61,979 nt of DNA, filler included, from Choristocarpus tenellus KU-1152 (GCA_964200185.2; 9 parts of 9 records of this genome joined end to end with filler, not necessarily neighbours in it), one strand, 5' to 3'; shown: positions 12,687-26,925, numbered from the whole stretch's first letter. A program made the numbers and translations. Notes: generated by a model from the sequence alone, not told the origin.

Positions 12687-12943
12687 GAGCCAAAATATCT
12701 TAGAGGGTAGGGCCGCGTCCATTTGGGGGCCAAAATCCAATGCTGCAATTTCGATGTATTTTCGGTTATTGTGTTTGCTAGGAAGTGTCAGTACCCTTGT
12801 TCCGAACACACCTTTTCATAACGTATACATCTTACCTACTCTGAAACATTTCGGAGTAGGAAAATGTCATAAAAAAACATGGGAAGCCAAGCCCCAAATG
12901 GACAAAAAGGGCAAAACTCGTACCCTCTAAGATACTTTCACTC
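12687..12943 (+). mobile_element. MITE family A (~257 bp)
   Basis: TIRs GAGCCAAAATATCTTAGAGGGTA / TACCCTCTAAGATACTTTCACTC; TAGA duplicated on both sides. Confidence 0.92.
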
Positions 12944-14698
12944 TAGACACTGAACTACTTTTCATTACTATCTTCTTTTGTTCTACGACAAAAATGTGCT
13001 GCCTCAATTGGTTGCCGTATTTACCGTGTGTTGGGTTCTTTAGCCTTCTTACCGGTTGTCAAAGAGGTCCACCTCCTCACTATTGAATCTCAATGTGGAT
13101 TGCCACCTTGGTGCTGTTTATCAATATAGCCTGTCACCTTGTTCTTGGCACAGCGATTTTGTGGTATACCCATAGATATGATAATTCAGTTAGTTATGAT
13201 TGCGTTCGGTGTACAATTACCAGTAGTGCCTGCGACATGAACGTTTCACAGTCGAAACCGGATTTTTATGGTAGGAAGTCTGGCGTTGATGGGGTTGGAA
13301 CTCGTGAGATCCATGGAGGGATCAGGCTCCATAAACTGCTGAATTACGAGGATGGTCGCTCTGATGAAATTGTGATGGTGGTGTTCTGCGATCGATCTAT
13401 TGTGAACTGAAGCCCATGACGAACTCTCTTGGCAGGTTTCTGTACGAGATACTGATGGTCTGCGACAAGTCAGGGATGGGGTGGATTTGATTCTTGCAGT
13501 ACCTGGATTAAACTGCCAAGGTAGGTATTTTGGGCATTCATCCGAGTGGTGGAAGAGGTAGAGAACCAGTCCAAACTTTAGTGAACCCCTGAGCCACCAG
13601 AAAGCAGTTAGCTGACTATCTGCTCGGTAACTCGGGGATTTACCAGTGTCCCAATATAACCTTGGCATTGGGTTTTTGTGATGGCAGATGTGAGGACAAG
13701 ATCCGGTATGAGTACACTATGCCGCGCACTCTTCAACTGAACTAAAAGGTGGAACGGGTGATTGTACTGATTGCAGAGAAGTACAATGCACTTTTGTACA
13801 GCAACCGTAATATGGTTCCACCCAGATAGATATTCGAACCGCAAGGTGACCACCTGACTGCTTCAGAGAACGAGGTACAGAGAGTGTATTGTGGAAAGCA
13901 GAGAAAGAGGAGCAGGGCCTGTTCTACATACTGCTGGATGCAAGATGCTGAGGTCACTCATCACAGGAATAAAATAGGTTACGCACCCTACGCCTAACTC
14001 CGCCCTCCAACGTTACCGCCATTTACCCTCTTTCTCTTTCTCTCTAAATGCTCATTTTTCTGTAATATTATTCTTTCGCACATTCAATTGATGTTCTAAA
14101 TATGAATCGTATGATTCTGTGGCGGCGTGGCTCACTTAGACAAGGGTGGTGAAGAGAATCACATGGCAAAACGGACCAGAACGGTCAAGACGAACCGTAA
14201 CTGAGAGGACGAGGTTAAGGTTGGACAAGTGCAAGACTGCAAGGATTTGCACAAAACTGTGGAGACTGACTGACTGAGGATCTCGTGAGGAGAGAGGATC
14301 ATCACAAATTGTTATGATGTGAGAACAAAGTGAATCTTTCATGTTTGACAACTCTGAATGAGGAGCAGTCCTACATCTATCTGTGGAGATGGTCTGTTCC
14401 TTTGTTTTCTTTGTTTTCCTTTTTGTTTTTTTATGTCTGTATTTTTATTTTTGCACTTTTCTATTCCTTGTTTCGTTCATTGCATTCATTCTTACAGAAT
14501 ACAGAAGTTCCTCACTGGAACCAGGGATTCCTGAGAAGGAACCTCAATCGGTATAATGGTATATGACACGCGGTAACAACGGTATACTAACAGAAAACCT
14601 GCTTTCCACATGAAGCAGTAATTATAGCAGTAAAAAATAAGTAAATGGAAGAAATATACCAGAAGAGGAACGAGACAGTCCAGAAAGAAAAAATGTAC

Positions 14699-14817
14699 CT
14701 GACTCGCTCAGAACATCTTTGTTTGGCAAATGCTTGATGGGTCCATCTGCTCGGTAATTTTTGTTTTCAAGAAAACGCTCACTCAGTTCCATTTGCTCCG
14801 TGACGTCTTGCGTTGCC
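14699..14817 (-). CDS. Possible isolated exon, unknown protein
   Basis: ACAG acceptor, open frame ATQDVTEQMELSERFLENKNYRADGPIKHLPNKDVLSES, AG|GTAC donor. Confidence 0.3.
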
Positions 14818-16878
14818 CTGTACAAAGCTTGGGGTATTGCATTACTACTACTATTGAAATGTATTAAATTGTTATCTACTGGAGTACATTTTAGTGGAGG
14901 AGCAGGAACCTAGCTCGACCAACCCTACCAAACCCCAATCTGTGGTCAACGCCACTAAACACTGTACTACTTCTCACTATTTAACTTCGAACTTATTAGA
15001 TTGCAACAAATTGTACTGCCCCCTGCATGCTTTTGCATCATTCGCATGCATTGGTTCAGTCATCCCCATCCCACCGCTTGTCAGACTGCCTCAGGAAGTC
15101 CGTCCCTCGAATCTTGTGCAGCACTTGCCTGGCTGCAATGAATGCAGTCTTGCCACCACGATTCAGGTATTCCGTCTCTTTTTTGTGATTTAGCGACACA
15201 CAGGGGGCATAGACAGGTAGGTGTACCATTCTGTTACGCTTGCCACAGGAGCTAAAAGTGAAGGAAAGGTATCCGGGTTTTGATCATTTTGCATTTCAGG
15301 TCAGTTTTTTAATCTTTCGCAATTTACCCAAACTTTTATCGATGTTGAAGTGCTGAGCTTGGCTCGAGAATGTTGATTTCTAACCTTTTTTTTTACACAA
15401 ATAATCAAGAGATACACATGCAGTTTTGTCATAAAGCACTTAGTCGTACCTATGGAAACAACCCAGGCTTCATGTATGTGTCGACTGACCTTGGAATGAG
15501 CGTTGTAGGCGTACGATTTGCCCCCCCCCAAAAAAAAAAATCGTTGTTACTCCGGGTACCTGCCTGTTGGTCAGTATTGTGGGCTAAATTGACTGGTGGC
15601 GAGCTGTGCAATCTCAGCAAATATCTACGGATCAAACAATTCTGACAAACTCTTTTTTCCGAAATGTTCAAATATATATATATATATATATACATGGAGA
15701 GATAGAAAGGAACGGGGCCAGGCAGTACACGATAGATACAGATATCTGCCGTATTTTGCTTCTAGCAATAACTACGAATATATTCTGAATGTGAAAAAAT
15801 ATATCTTCGTTGCATACAGGAACCAACACAGCTTGCTCTATCGTCATCACTGTGGAATGTCGCAATAGGCGTAGAACAGATTTTTCTCTTTGCAGGATTC
15901 TGGGCCCTTTGCTTTTGTGTGTGAGATGCCTACCTGTTCTGCAAGCTTTCAGTTAGTACTTCGAATTTCCTTATAACAAACAGTGACTTACCCAGATCCA
16001 CCCCCAAACCAGCGTGTTAAGAAAATGTGTGACCGCAACAAATTGAACGTGTTTCTCCATACACATCACTCAGAATATCCAGTACTCTGCATTGGGCTGG
16101 CACATGGACAAACTGCACAAAAAGTCGATAGCCCTCGACTGAATCTTTCGCAAAACCTGGTTGCCCAGGAGCACACCAGACCTTGCAGAACCCCTACTTA
16201 CGCACTTGAACCAACAGTACTAACTTTCACCAACCCACAACACTTGGAGCAGCCTGGCACTTAAGTGGCCAATGATCTAGACCAGACATCTTACAAGGAC
16301 TAGTGACCTGTGACTGAAGTTTTCACACACAAGAGCGACTGGGGTACAGCCCAGACAGGACCTTTCACAACTGCCTGCCCTGATGTTGAGCTAGCAAAAA
16401 CTCAGAAACAATAGTCTCCTTGGACATGAACATGGCAGGTCCCCCCGGTACTGCACAGTTCACCTTGGACTTCAGTTCGACTGAAAATGGACTAAAAATG
16501 AGAGCCCATTTTGGACCAACAATCCATCTTATGTTCAATTCGAAAGCAAAACCACCCAAAATGAGAACATCAAGAAGTTGACTAGGCTCTGATACCCAAG
16601 GTCAGCGAGAATATAAGGGGTAGCCTGCCTTCCAACCACCTACTCCATCAACAAGTTCGATCCATCTGCCTGGACCTCTACACATTCCCTGATGTCCCCT
16701 GCAAAATGAACTATCTCACAATCCTGCCGCTACCTGCAAACTTGCAGTCTCCTGTGCGACCTGTGTGCAATACAAGGTTGTAGGAAAGGTGTCAAGAATA
16801 GCGGCGATTCTTTGGATGTGGCAGGGGCCCTACACCGAATAGCTCAAGCCGGTATGGAAGAGCAGTACAGTGGGTTTT

Positions 16879-16987
16879 GGCTCAAAGTATCTGGGGGGGG
16901 GGGGGGGGGGGGCAACCCAAGGGGGTCCTTTTGGGCCCTGCCCAGAAAAAGGCACCTTCAATAAAAAATCTACCGGATCAACCCAAA
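16879..16987 (+). mobile_element. MITE family B, truncated by contig end
   Basis: GGCTCAAAGTATCT followed by a G-run and family B internal sequence. Confidence 0.8.
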
Positions 16988-17087
16988 NNNNNNNNNNNNN
17001 NNNNNNNNNNNNNNNNNNNNNNNNNNNNNNNTTAATTAATTAANNNNNNNNNNNNNNNNNNNNNNNNNNNNNNNNNNNNNNNNNNNN

Positions 17088-17127
17088 CCACATGGACGCG
17101 GCTCTACCCTCTAGGATACTTTGGCTC
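17088..17127 (-). mobile_element. MITE family A end, truncated at contig start
   Basis: ATGGACGCGGCTCTACCCTCTAGGATACTTTGGCTC. Confidence 0.85.
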
Positions 17128-18392
17128 AGTACCCTACTACTCTTGACGTGTGTATGAGACTCTGGTGTAGGAGTTTTTCTTTTGAACGTTGAGACATACG
17201 CAGAGTGAGTGCCGTGAGGTGCAAGTGTCGCGCTAACATATCTGTTGTCAGGGCAAACGTTGGAAGGGGGTTTTCTTCCAGGTTTCCTCCTCCGCTGGAT
17301 CCCCAACGCTGCCTATTGATATGTTAGGATCTGGAAGTGACATTCATTTCATTTCTGCTGCATTCATGATAGGATGAGGAGTGGCATTATATTTCCTTGT
17401 CCGATCGCCTGTTTATCGCATTGAAGCAGTTATGCTTCATGCTAGGGAGGTATGTTACAGGCGATATATGTCTTGATGGCGGTTTCATAAACACCATTAT
17501 GACATTGAAGTTCTAGATTTGATATATTTGTACTTCTTGGCAATTTATTTATTATTTGGTCATTATGGTCCCCGATTGTGGTAAGACGTCGTGGATCAGT
17601 TCCTTTTTATATGATGACATTGACGATAATCCAAGTTAGAGATCCAGCATGCTTGACGACTTGTGCATCAGGAGCCCTATACGTACATCAGCATCATCCG
17701 TAAGACCGTAGATTGGAGCTATACATCCTGTGGAGGAAAGCTTTCTGGGGCGCCTGTAACATTAGCACCAACATCATAAATAGGAATGGTGTGTTCAGTG
17801 GCCTTGGAATCGTTGCGCAAAGCCATCTCACCAATATTCTGTCTAGCCAGTTCATATGCCAATTGTAAATTATCCACTGTTTGTTTACTGTAATCCTCGG
17901 TAGAAATAGGCATGGCATCTGGTTCTCCCAAAATGATATCGATTGGTAATGTGGGACGTCTCCCAAACATTAAATTAAAGGGTGTTTCTTGTACAGTGGT
18001 GTTATAAGCGGTATTGTGAGCCAGATGCACAAAAGGCAATAATGACACCCAATCCAATTGCTTCATATTGGAATACATAGCTAGCATGCCATGCATTGTC
18101 TTATGAATTCTTTCAAGAATGCTATTGCCTTGAGGTCGATACGGTGTTGTTTTCGTTTTCTTGTATACATAGATCTTTTGAAGTTCTAGGATCAGTATAT
18201 TTTCAAACTCCTTACCCTGGTCTGAGTGTAAGGTTTCTGGGGCGCCAAAAATAGAAAACACTTGTTATGTTAATGTTTTTGTTATAGTTGCCTCTCGCTT
18301 GTCAGGAATAGCACTGAGCAAAGCAAACCTCGTAAAATGATCGACAGCAGACAAGATATTAGTATTTTTCTCTGATTGAGTTTTGTACTTTA

Positions 18393-18557
18393 GGCTCAAA
18401 TTATCTGGGAGGGGGTAGCGGCTGTCCATTTGGGATCAATTTTTTCATGTCGCGATTCTTGCACATGTCGGATGGATACTGTAAATGCACTTTTCCTGAT
18501 TTGGTCCAAATTGACACCCCAGTGTAGACCACCACCCCCTCCCAGATACTTTGGGTC
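18393..18557 (-). mobile_element. MITE family B nested in the gypsy integrase
   Basis: TIRs GGCTCAAATTATCT / AGATACTTTGGGTC; removing it plus one TTA restores RVAIDLVKYK. Confidence 0.9.
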
Positions 18558-20039
18558 TTACCAAATCAATTGCCACTCTCTGAAATGGGGGTGTTACTGG
18601 CATATGCCCCGGAGGGTTTGATTGTTTAGAAGGGGATATCTTGCGGCTTTGCCATGATTGACATGTTTCACACCAAGCTCGAACACCTTTATGTAAAGTG
18701 GGTCACCAAAAACGGTCACGGATTCGATCAAAAGTGTGCTTGAATGCAAGGTGTCCTGAGACTTTATGATCATGAAGGGCATGAAGTATTAAGCCTTTTG
18801 TCTCAGCGGGTACCACTAATTGATCTCGGAATTTATCGTTCTTTCGAAGGTGACCGGGTTGATACGATTTGTATAATATCTGTTTGCCTTCCATTTCTTG
18901 TGTGAAAAAGTAAGACATGGTATACATTGTTTCGTTTTTTGGTAAGAGGGCTTTTTCTGGATTAGCCGAATATTTGAAATAGTCTCCATATTGAGCTTGT
19001 TGAGCTTTGAATAGTACTTCAGGATCGACTGTTGGGAAAACATTAACGGCGCTAGTGAATAGTTCCGTATCATTTTGTACTCTGGTAATTTACCTAGTTT
19101 ATCCACTGATAGATCATATGCAGGGTAAACCTTGGGTGTGGAGATATCCGACTCTGTTTGGCCTATATTATGGCATAGTGGGCAAGTGGAAGTGGTGTTT
19201 CATCCAACATAAATTCCTCCGACCGTGTCCGGGATAACATATCCGGAATGTTGTGTAAACGTTCCGACTTATGTAAAACTATGAAGTCAAACGTTTGTAA
19301 GGCTAAGGCCCACCTGATCAACATATTGGAAGTATCTTGCATTCTATGTAACCAACGTAATGCCGAATGATCACTTACAACTAACTGTAAAGTGCTTTCC
19401 CCCAATATATGGCCGCCAATGTGTGATGGCAAGAATGACGGCCAGACATTCTTTCTGAGTTGCTGAATATCGTCTTTGGGTTGGCTTAAAAAGAGCACTA
19501 TGGTAGGCTGCAACTTGGAAACTCTTGTCCTCATTTTTATGTGCCAAGAAAGCTCCCATGCCAACATCGCTAGTGTCCACGTGAATAAAGAACTCTCGAG
19601 TAAAATCTGGAAAGCTTAACACTGGCGCCATAGTTAATGGACGCCTACACTCATTAAAATAATTTTGCTGTGTTCGTCCCCATAGTTGAGATAGACTTTT
19701 GCCTTTTCCAGCCTTTTTCGTGCTTTTCCTTGTAAGTGACACCAGGGGCTCGGTTATTGTAGACAAATGGGTAATATATTTCCTAACAAAGTTAATGGAA
19801 CCTAGAAAGGATTGTAATTCCTTCACAGATTTAGGGGCTTTCAGAGCGGTAATAGCCTGGATTCGATCTGGTGACACAGCAATACCACTGGGGCTAACTT
19901 CATGTCCCACATAATGAATTGATTTTGAGCCAAATTGGACTTTAGAGGGTTTGAGGGTTACTCCTACTTGCTGCAGTAATGACAATACGTTCTCAACAAG
20001 TTAAATATGATGGTTCCACGTTGGGGAGGCTAGTACAAT

Positions 20040-20299
20040 GAGTGAAAGTATCTTAGAGGGTACGAATTTTGCCCTTTTTGTCCATTGGGGGCTTGGCTTC
20101 TCAAGGTTTTTTTTTATGACGTTTTGCTACTCCAAAATGTTTAGGAGTAGGAAAAAAATTCAAGTTGTGAAAAAGTGTGTGCAGAACATGGTTATTGACA
20201 CTTCCTAACAAACACAATAGCCAAAAATACATCCAAATCGCAACATTGGATTTTGGCCCCCAAATGGACACGGCTCTACCCTCTAAGATACTTTGGGCT
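20040..20299 (-). mobile_element. MITE family A nested just after the RT YLDD motif
   Basis: Family A TIRs; AAT duplicated; removal restores YLDDIVLASPT. Confidence 0.92.
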
Positions 20300-20578
20300 A
20301 ATGTCATCAAGATAAAAAAGTAAGTCCATGCTCGGTCCTAGAGTTGAAAATGTTTCAGACATGAAGCGTTGATATGTCCATGGTGCATTAGCAACACCAA
20401 AGGGTAGCCTTTTGAATTCGTATTTTCCATCTGGTGTGACAAAGGCAGTTTTTTAGCGTTTATTAGTGTCGGTGATGGGTAGTTGCCAGTAGGCTGACTG
20501 AACATCGAGACATGACAGGTATTTTGCTCCCCCTAGAGTACCCAGACAATCGTCCATAGATAGTAACGGCCAGGAATT

Positions 20579-20831
20579 GAGCCAAAGTATCTTAGAGGTT
20601 AGAGCCGCGTCCATTTGGAGGTCAAAATCCAATGTTGCGATTTTGATGTAATTTTGGCTATCATGTTTGTTAGGAAGTGTCAATATCTATGTTTCAGACA
20701 CTATGTTTCGGACACACCTTTTCATAATGTATACATTTTGGAGTAGGAAAGTTTCTTTAAAAAAACAAGGGAAGCCAAGCCCCAAATGGACAAACAGGGC
20801 AAATCTCTTACCCTCTAAGATACTTTCACTC
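20579..20831 (+). mobile_element. MITE family A nested in the gypsy RT
   Basis: Family A TIRs; AATT duplicated; removal restores LNKNLVHNSWPL in frame. Confidence 0.93.
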
Positions 20832-23404
20832 AATTATGTACCAAATTTTTGTTCAATGAGAACCTAAGGTCTACACAGAATCGAGGAGACCCATCAGGTT
20901 TTGTCACTATGGTTACTGGTGACGCCCAAGGACTTGAGCAGGGTTGAATTATTCCCTGATTTTCCATGTCCCCCACACAACTACGTATTGTTTCACGTGT
21001 TTTGGGTGCGGTCCAATATGGTGGACGATTCACAGGGACTGTACCTGGTTTAAGTGGAAATTCAGCACTGGTATTATTGCAACAGCCTAGTTCCTCAAAA
21101 GTGAGTTGAAAATACAGGTCGATACTTGGCAACAAGGTCAAATAGTTCTTCTTGTTCCTTATCAGATAATACTGTATCTACCAGTGATTTTTTACCGAAA
21201 ACTTCTTTTAACTCATCACGGGCTTGTTTAAGCTCCTCTGGAGTGTTCAGGGTAGCAGCTATGGTACTGGTCTGTGCTTCAGAAAGGGTGTGATTTTCAT
21301 CCACTGGTGCTATATGACCTACAACAAATTGAGGAGGTATCTTAACACCATGGTTGGAAGGGTTGGCAATTTTGACTAGGCAAGATCCATCCTCTTCCCA
21401 AACAATTAAAGACCAACTGTCCATGATAGCTTTACATGGAGAGTGGTGATGTTCCTGGTTGATGAAGTCCATGCTCGTCTTGACAATGGGCTCCACTACA
21501 GTATCTTTGGCTGATCCAGGTAAGGCCTGAGAACGCAATGGAACAACAGTTTCGATTCCCGCGGGTAAATATGTTTTATGCCTTACACGTACAGGTATGG
21601 TGAACTCAGTTGAGACTTTAGCCACTGCCATGATTGTTGCAAAGGTTTGAGCAGTATTTTGACTGATGGTTGATGGATTAACAATGGGTATAGGAGAAAT
21701 TACATGAGCGGCTGGAATGCGAACTGTGCTCCCAGAAAATGTTATTTCTTCTCTATCCCAATCCAACTTCGCTCCAAAAGCAGTCATGATACTTTTGTCC
21801 AAAAGTATTTTATCAACACCTAGGGATCGTAGAACAACTGCTTGAATAGGTAGTGCTTTATTTCCCAAGGTTAATTGAAATTGAATAAAGCCATGTACTT
21901 GCAAAGGTCTTCCCCCAGCTCCTCTTAAATGTAAGGCACCATCTGGTATAGAACTGATGTGAGCAGAACAAAGGGTGGGATGAGCATGCATGTAACGATA
22001 GCTAATGACCGGAATGTCAGTTGCGGTATCAACTGTGATGTGTGAAACTGAATCATCATCAATTTTGCCAGGAATCGATACTCGACGAGATGAAACCTGC
22101 AAGGTACAAGGGTATTGAGAGTAATGTTGAATTGCAGATGTATGCCAATACACTGACTTGGCGCAACACACACGCTATACTACAAAGTCTTCACCCACTG
22201 TTCCAATAAATTTGGAAGAACGCTTCACTGCTGAGGATGTTATTGAATTAACAAAATGAGTCTGAGGCAGTGGATTGTAATTTAGCCATTTTGAGTGATT
22301 AACCTATGTAGTTTTTTTTATTGCAGGGTTGGAGCCCAAAGAATTGTTAGAATGATGTGATTGGGACAGTGTTCAAATGCATCATCAAGTGGCCGATTTG
22401 GTGAACAACTTGGTTGGTTGTCCACGTCTGGTTCGGATCCCAAAGAAAAATTGTAAAGATCTGGTGTAGGCAGGTGTTGCCCATGCCTTGCTTTACTTAG
22501 CCTATCTCAGTGGCAATTTGTCGCAACATTGCTCACTACTGGTAAGGAAACCAACGGAATATTAGAGAAGCGTGAGCGAGACATTTATTGCTCAAGTCAC
22601 ATCACTAGTTAGCCTATTTGAGTGACAACCTATCAAACACAGGTTTGTTCACAACTGGGTGGGATACCATGAACTAGGACAGGACAAAAAAAAAAAATGT
22701 CCTCTAATCAGACTGCTGCATTGATCTGATTTTTGTTCGCTTTCAGCATTACCGATGTCTGAAGCGCCGAAACCACCAAAGCATGACCCTGGATTTTCCC
22801 AGCCCTGAAGTCCAACAGGATTCTTTCCACATAATCATCGCAAAGGTTTGTCAGTGGAGGTGAGTTGTCGGGCTCACAGCTTTCTTCCAGTATCGGTGGA
22901 TGGGCTGACCGTACTGCGGGGGGGGCGGTCCCTGGGTTGTTCNNNNNNNNNNNNNNNNNNNNNNNNNNNNNNNNNNNNNNNNNNNNTTAATTAATTAANN
23001 NNNNNNNNNNNNNNNNNNNNNNNNNNNNNNNNNNNNNNNNNNCTACCCTACTCTTGTATGCCCCCCCTAAATTACACTTGAATGACTGCCCCCCCCCCAA
23101 AAAAAAATAACACATCATTCATAGTGCATCATTATTAATATTCTTGAAATGTACGTGTAACATCCATTCTTGAAATGTACCTGGATGGAACCCCTTGTGC
23201 TAGCAGCAATCTGACCTCCCACAATTGATCGCCTACGCCGAATGACATTCAGCTGCTTCTTCTTGTTTGCTTCATTGAGATGGGCTCGAGTCTGCACAAT
23301 ATCAACATCAAACGGGCGGAAACATCAAAAGCCAATCAGAACACGCGACGAACGGCTCAATAGATGGTATGTTGAAGATACGCCTTTTGTCGGAGATTGC
23401 ATCT

Positions 23405-23664
23405 GAGTCAAAGTATCTTAGAGGTTAGAGTCGCGTCCACTTGGGGGTCAAAATCAAATGTTGTGATTTTGATCTTATTTGGGCTATTGTGTTTGTTAGG
23501 AAGTGTCAACATCCTTGCTCCAGACACACCTTTTCCTAACATACACATTTTTCCTACTCCGAAATGTTTAGGAGCAGGTAGAATGTCCTAAACAACTCAC
23601 GGGAAGCCAAGCCCCAAAACGGACAAAGAGGGAAAAAATCGTACCCTCTAAGATCCTTTCACTC
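23405..23664 (+). mobile_element. MITE family A
   Basis: Family A TIRs; ATCT duplicated. Confidence 0.92.
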
Positions 23665-26600
23665 ATCTCCTGATCTCCACAGTTCATTACACATGAGGTA
23701 TGGTTATGTAGGCCACTAACTACAGTGAAGCCTTGGTGTTGCAGATTGAAATGGGAATTGGTCGGTGGATGCCCTAAATATTTCCTCTGCCTCTTGAACA
23801 TTGCTGGAAGCAGGAGTGCGAGGGGCTTTGTAGAGTAGCAAGAGTGTTCACTATTTGGTTAGGGTTTCTGTTCAATCTCATATTTTTCTGGTCTCAGATA
23901 TCTCTTGGGATGGACTAGACTGCGTTCTTTTTTGCTAGAGTACTTCTATTAGTATGCTCCAGAGTACAGAACCAGTCAAATCAGCGGGTTGGGGGTGTCT
24001 GGTTGGAGATGCTATGTTAGCAGAAGTTGGCAATTCCAAGCACTTCCAATTTTTCGTACACGTAGCCCCTTGACCTCAAGCTCCCAGCGTCCCCTTCAAC
24101 AAGAGATCATTTAGGAAGAGGAGGATTCAAGTCCAGCTTTGCTTTGAAGAACTTAATACACAACTTATTGGCAACAATATGACTTCCCTATCATCGTTTG
24201 ATGTAGACATTTGAAGCTTCGCCAGCTGCAACATGAATTGCAGACCCACAGTACAATTTAGATGCCCCTCTCATCTCATACTCAGGAATCGTGCTTGAAA
24301 TTCATATGTAAGACACTCTCTTTTGGTGTTGTAACTGCCAGTGCATGTCAAACTTCCTGCTCCAGTACTATCAAGTCACACATCAACGAAAGAGCACTAC
24401 TGCTGTCAAAAAAAGGTTGCCCTGGTGGTAGCTACTGTAAAAAGAATGAAGCTCGATAAATCACTTACAAAGTAGGTATCATATTTTGGACCAAGGCATG
24501 GCACAGCCTTTTTGATCGATCTCACCATGGACACACGCAACAATATCCTTCCTTGTAGATACTGTTCGAACTCTGCACATACAGACAGAGCAGTGACCCA
24601 AGATGAAGCAAGAAGTAAGCCCTTGCACATGAGCTAAGAAGCATACGGTCCCACCTGTGGGGAAAACTCTCAAGTGCCCCCTCACTAGCCCAGAGCTTTC
24701 CAGGTTGCTTTTGCTTGCCTTGTTGATGGACTCCCAGTTCTTGTCCCATGATCCACTGCCCCTCGTACACAACACACCTTGTTGTGCCTTTATCATAGAC
24801 TTCCTCGAGGTTTTTACAGGCTCACCCCAGCTGTTTTCCTTCACTGCCAAAATTCAGGCAGTGAATGGAGTGTGTGTGGTTGTTCTGTGTGCATAAACTT
24901 GTGCGTGTGTGTGTGCGCGTGTGCGTTTGCGTTTGCGTTTAAAAAAATTCATCTAGTATGCTTCTTGTTGACGTTAGATTAACAGATGTTTTGCTATCGG
25001 CTGGGCTCATCAACCAACGTTGTGTGGAATCTTAGTGCTTGCTATCTCCAACTTCAAAGTAACTGCCTGCATATTATGCCGAGAGTGCCCATTGTGTTCT
25101 AAGCATGAGGTACCCTTTTTCGAAACTTAGCACTTTGGTTTGTGTATTTCTTGTGCTGTCCAGCAAAAGAATGATGACACTAAGAGATATGCGGATTGTT
25201 GAGAGAGAAACATACGGAAGTGATGAGTAACGGGCATGGTGGGGAAATGAAATGGTATGAGATGGTGAGCTTGTAGCGGATATCTACTTGGCCTTCCAAG
25301 GGAAGAAGGCAGTCATATCAAGTAGTACCAAGCCCAAAGGACAAGGGGCAATGGTACAAATATAGCAACAAGTTCGAATCAATAGATTAGCCTGCATGTC
25401 ACAATGAACCAACAGACTGCATTCATCACGCAACCACCCATACCCTCAAACCCTAACCTCAATCTTGGCAAGAGTCAAGGGCAGATTCAGGAAACCAGTT
25501 CCCCAATCCTATCCTCCCCTACTTCATCATACATTTTTTCCCTCCTCCATGGTCCCCCTTCACCAGGTCATTGTGGCGAGTTGCTGAAGGCATGTGGGTG
25601 GCACGTGCTAACATTTCCTCTGCTTCATGTTTCTCAGGGGCAACCATGGAAGGGATGCTAGAGAGCTCATGGATGCGAGCCATGATTTTCTTTCAATCCG
25701 GACCAGTAGTATTGGGCAGAGTGTTGGCAAGGTTGATTACGATGGGTGAGGAGGGGGGGGGGGTAGTTGGACGTGCTAGTTCAAAATAAAAAATGGAAAC
25801 AGAAATAAGAATCTCTGACAGAGAGGAAGGGATGGATGATGGATGATGGAAGATTCTGAGAGGGAACTGAGAAAAGGTAAGAAGGTAATGAGGATATCAT
25901 GATGCCAAAATTGATATTAGGGTTTGGGTTAGGTAAGTTACAGCGTGAATGCACTCTGCTATCTCATTGTATCAAATGAGTCATTTGTATTGTTGGTGCA
26001 GGTGCAGAAGTTCGCACCATGGAGCCTACCCCTTGATACTCTCATTGTATTCTATTCTTCTCGTGATTTTTTGCATTAGGGTGCCTATTAAGTTTAATAA
26101 CTGCTGTGCTATCAGGGATTAAAGAGTGGTTTCAAATACCTGAACCATTGCTATTTCAGTAGGTAGCTGGAATTCAAATCGAATTATGAAGAAGGTCCAT
26201 CACATGTCTTTGTGCAACAATGGGTTTGAAGAAGTTAACTTTTCTTCTCACACACGATCATGCTGAATTAAAGATGTACTTCCGTGTTCAACCACAACAT
26301 ATTTCAGGAACTCAGCTACTTCTCCTTGGAGCAGGGTAGGAAACCAGATGAAAAATTCATGAGTGGACTACCCAGTGTCAGGAACCCTCTGCACAGCAAG
26401 AAAATATGAAAGGCTCCTCTTGGTACATGGTGGATGGCCTTGCTAGAGGAGGCAAACCATTTGGGGTTGTCTCTCTAGGATTGTCTCTCGTTCTAGGCCA
26501 AATTTCCCTTCAATATGTGAGGATTCAGTGCACATCCACTTAAAAACATGTTTCATACTGAGAGTGTGAACCTGTTGGGATCACTACTCACTCTCTCTGC

Positions 26601-26925
26601 GATATCCCTGCTCCTGGTGAGCACTCTAGAGTGTGATGTTTCTATTACTAGTTTGCAAGGCTGCATGCTGCCAATTGCTCTGCACTCCCACCAGTACTGT
26701 TGTTTATTGTCTACTGGAATCTGTCTGATACAGTCATATCCCAAGCTATCTTTGGAGAGAGGCCCCCTTCGGTCTCTTTTTGATGCACAAGCCTAATCAC
26801 ACTTAGTTTTTCACTTGGCAATCACACACTTGAGGAAGGTGCTTCTTATATCCCCAAAAGTTAAGTTTTAGCCCCTGGATGTACTTGTTTATGTGGGTAA
26901 GCCTGAGTCGCACTTGGATCTCTAT

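Larger units (their letters stand above)
17130..22500 (-). mobile_element. Decayed Ty3/gypsy LTR retrotransposon pol (protease-RT-RNase H-integrase), with stops, frameshifts and three nested MITEs; outer boundaries approximate
   Basis: Protease VDTA..; RT SPWASPVTIVTKPDGSPRFCVDLR, LDVQSAYWQ, YLDD; RNase H HVDTSDVGMGAFL, YSATQKECLAV, SDHSAL; integrase zinc finger HDHKVSGH..DRFW and core HSDQGKEF..PYRPQGNSILER..YNT; gypsy domain order. Confidence 0.95.

Noticed and set aside
12600-12930. Recurrent small ORFs such as QSILEGRAASIWGPKSN..LLCLLGSVN (also near 20101, 23397, 56945)
   Set aside because: Chance frames through MITE family A; starts, stops and frames differ among copies.
13093-13960. 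Coding-like stretch with fragmented ORFs
   Set aside because: Multiple stops and no recognisable motif; may be decayed TE or viral DNA but cannot be supported.
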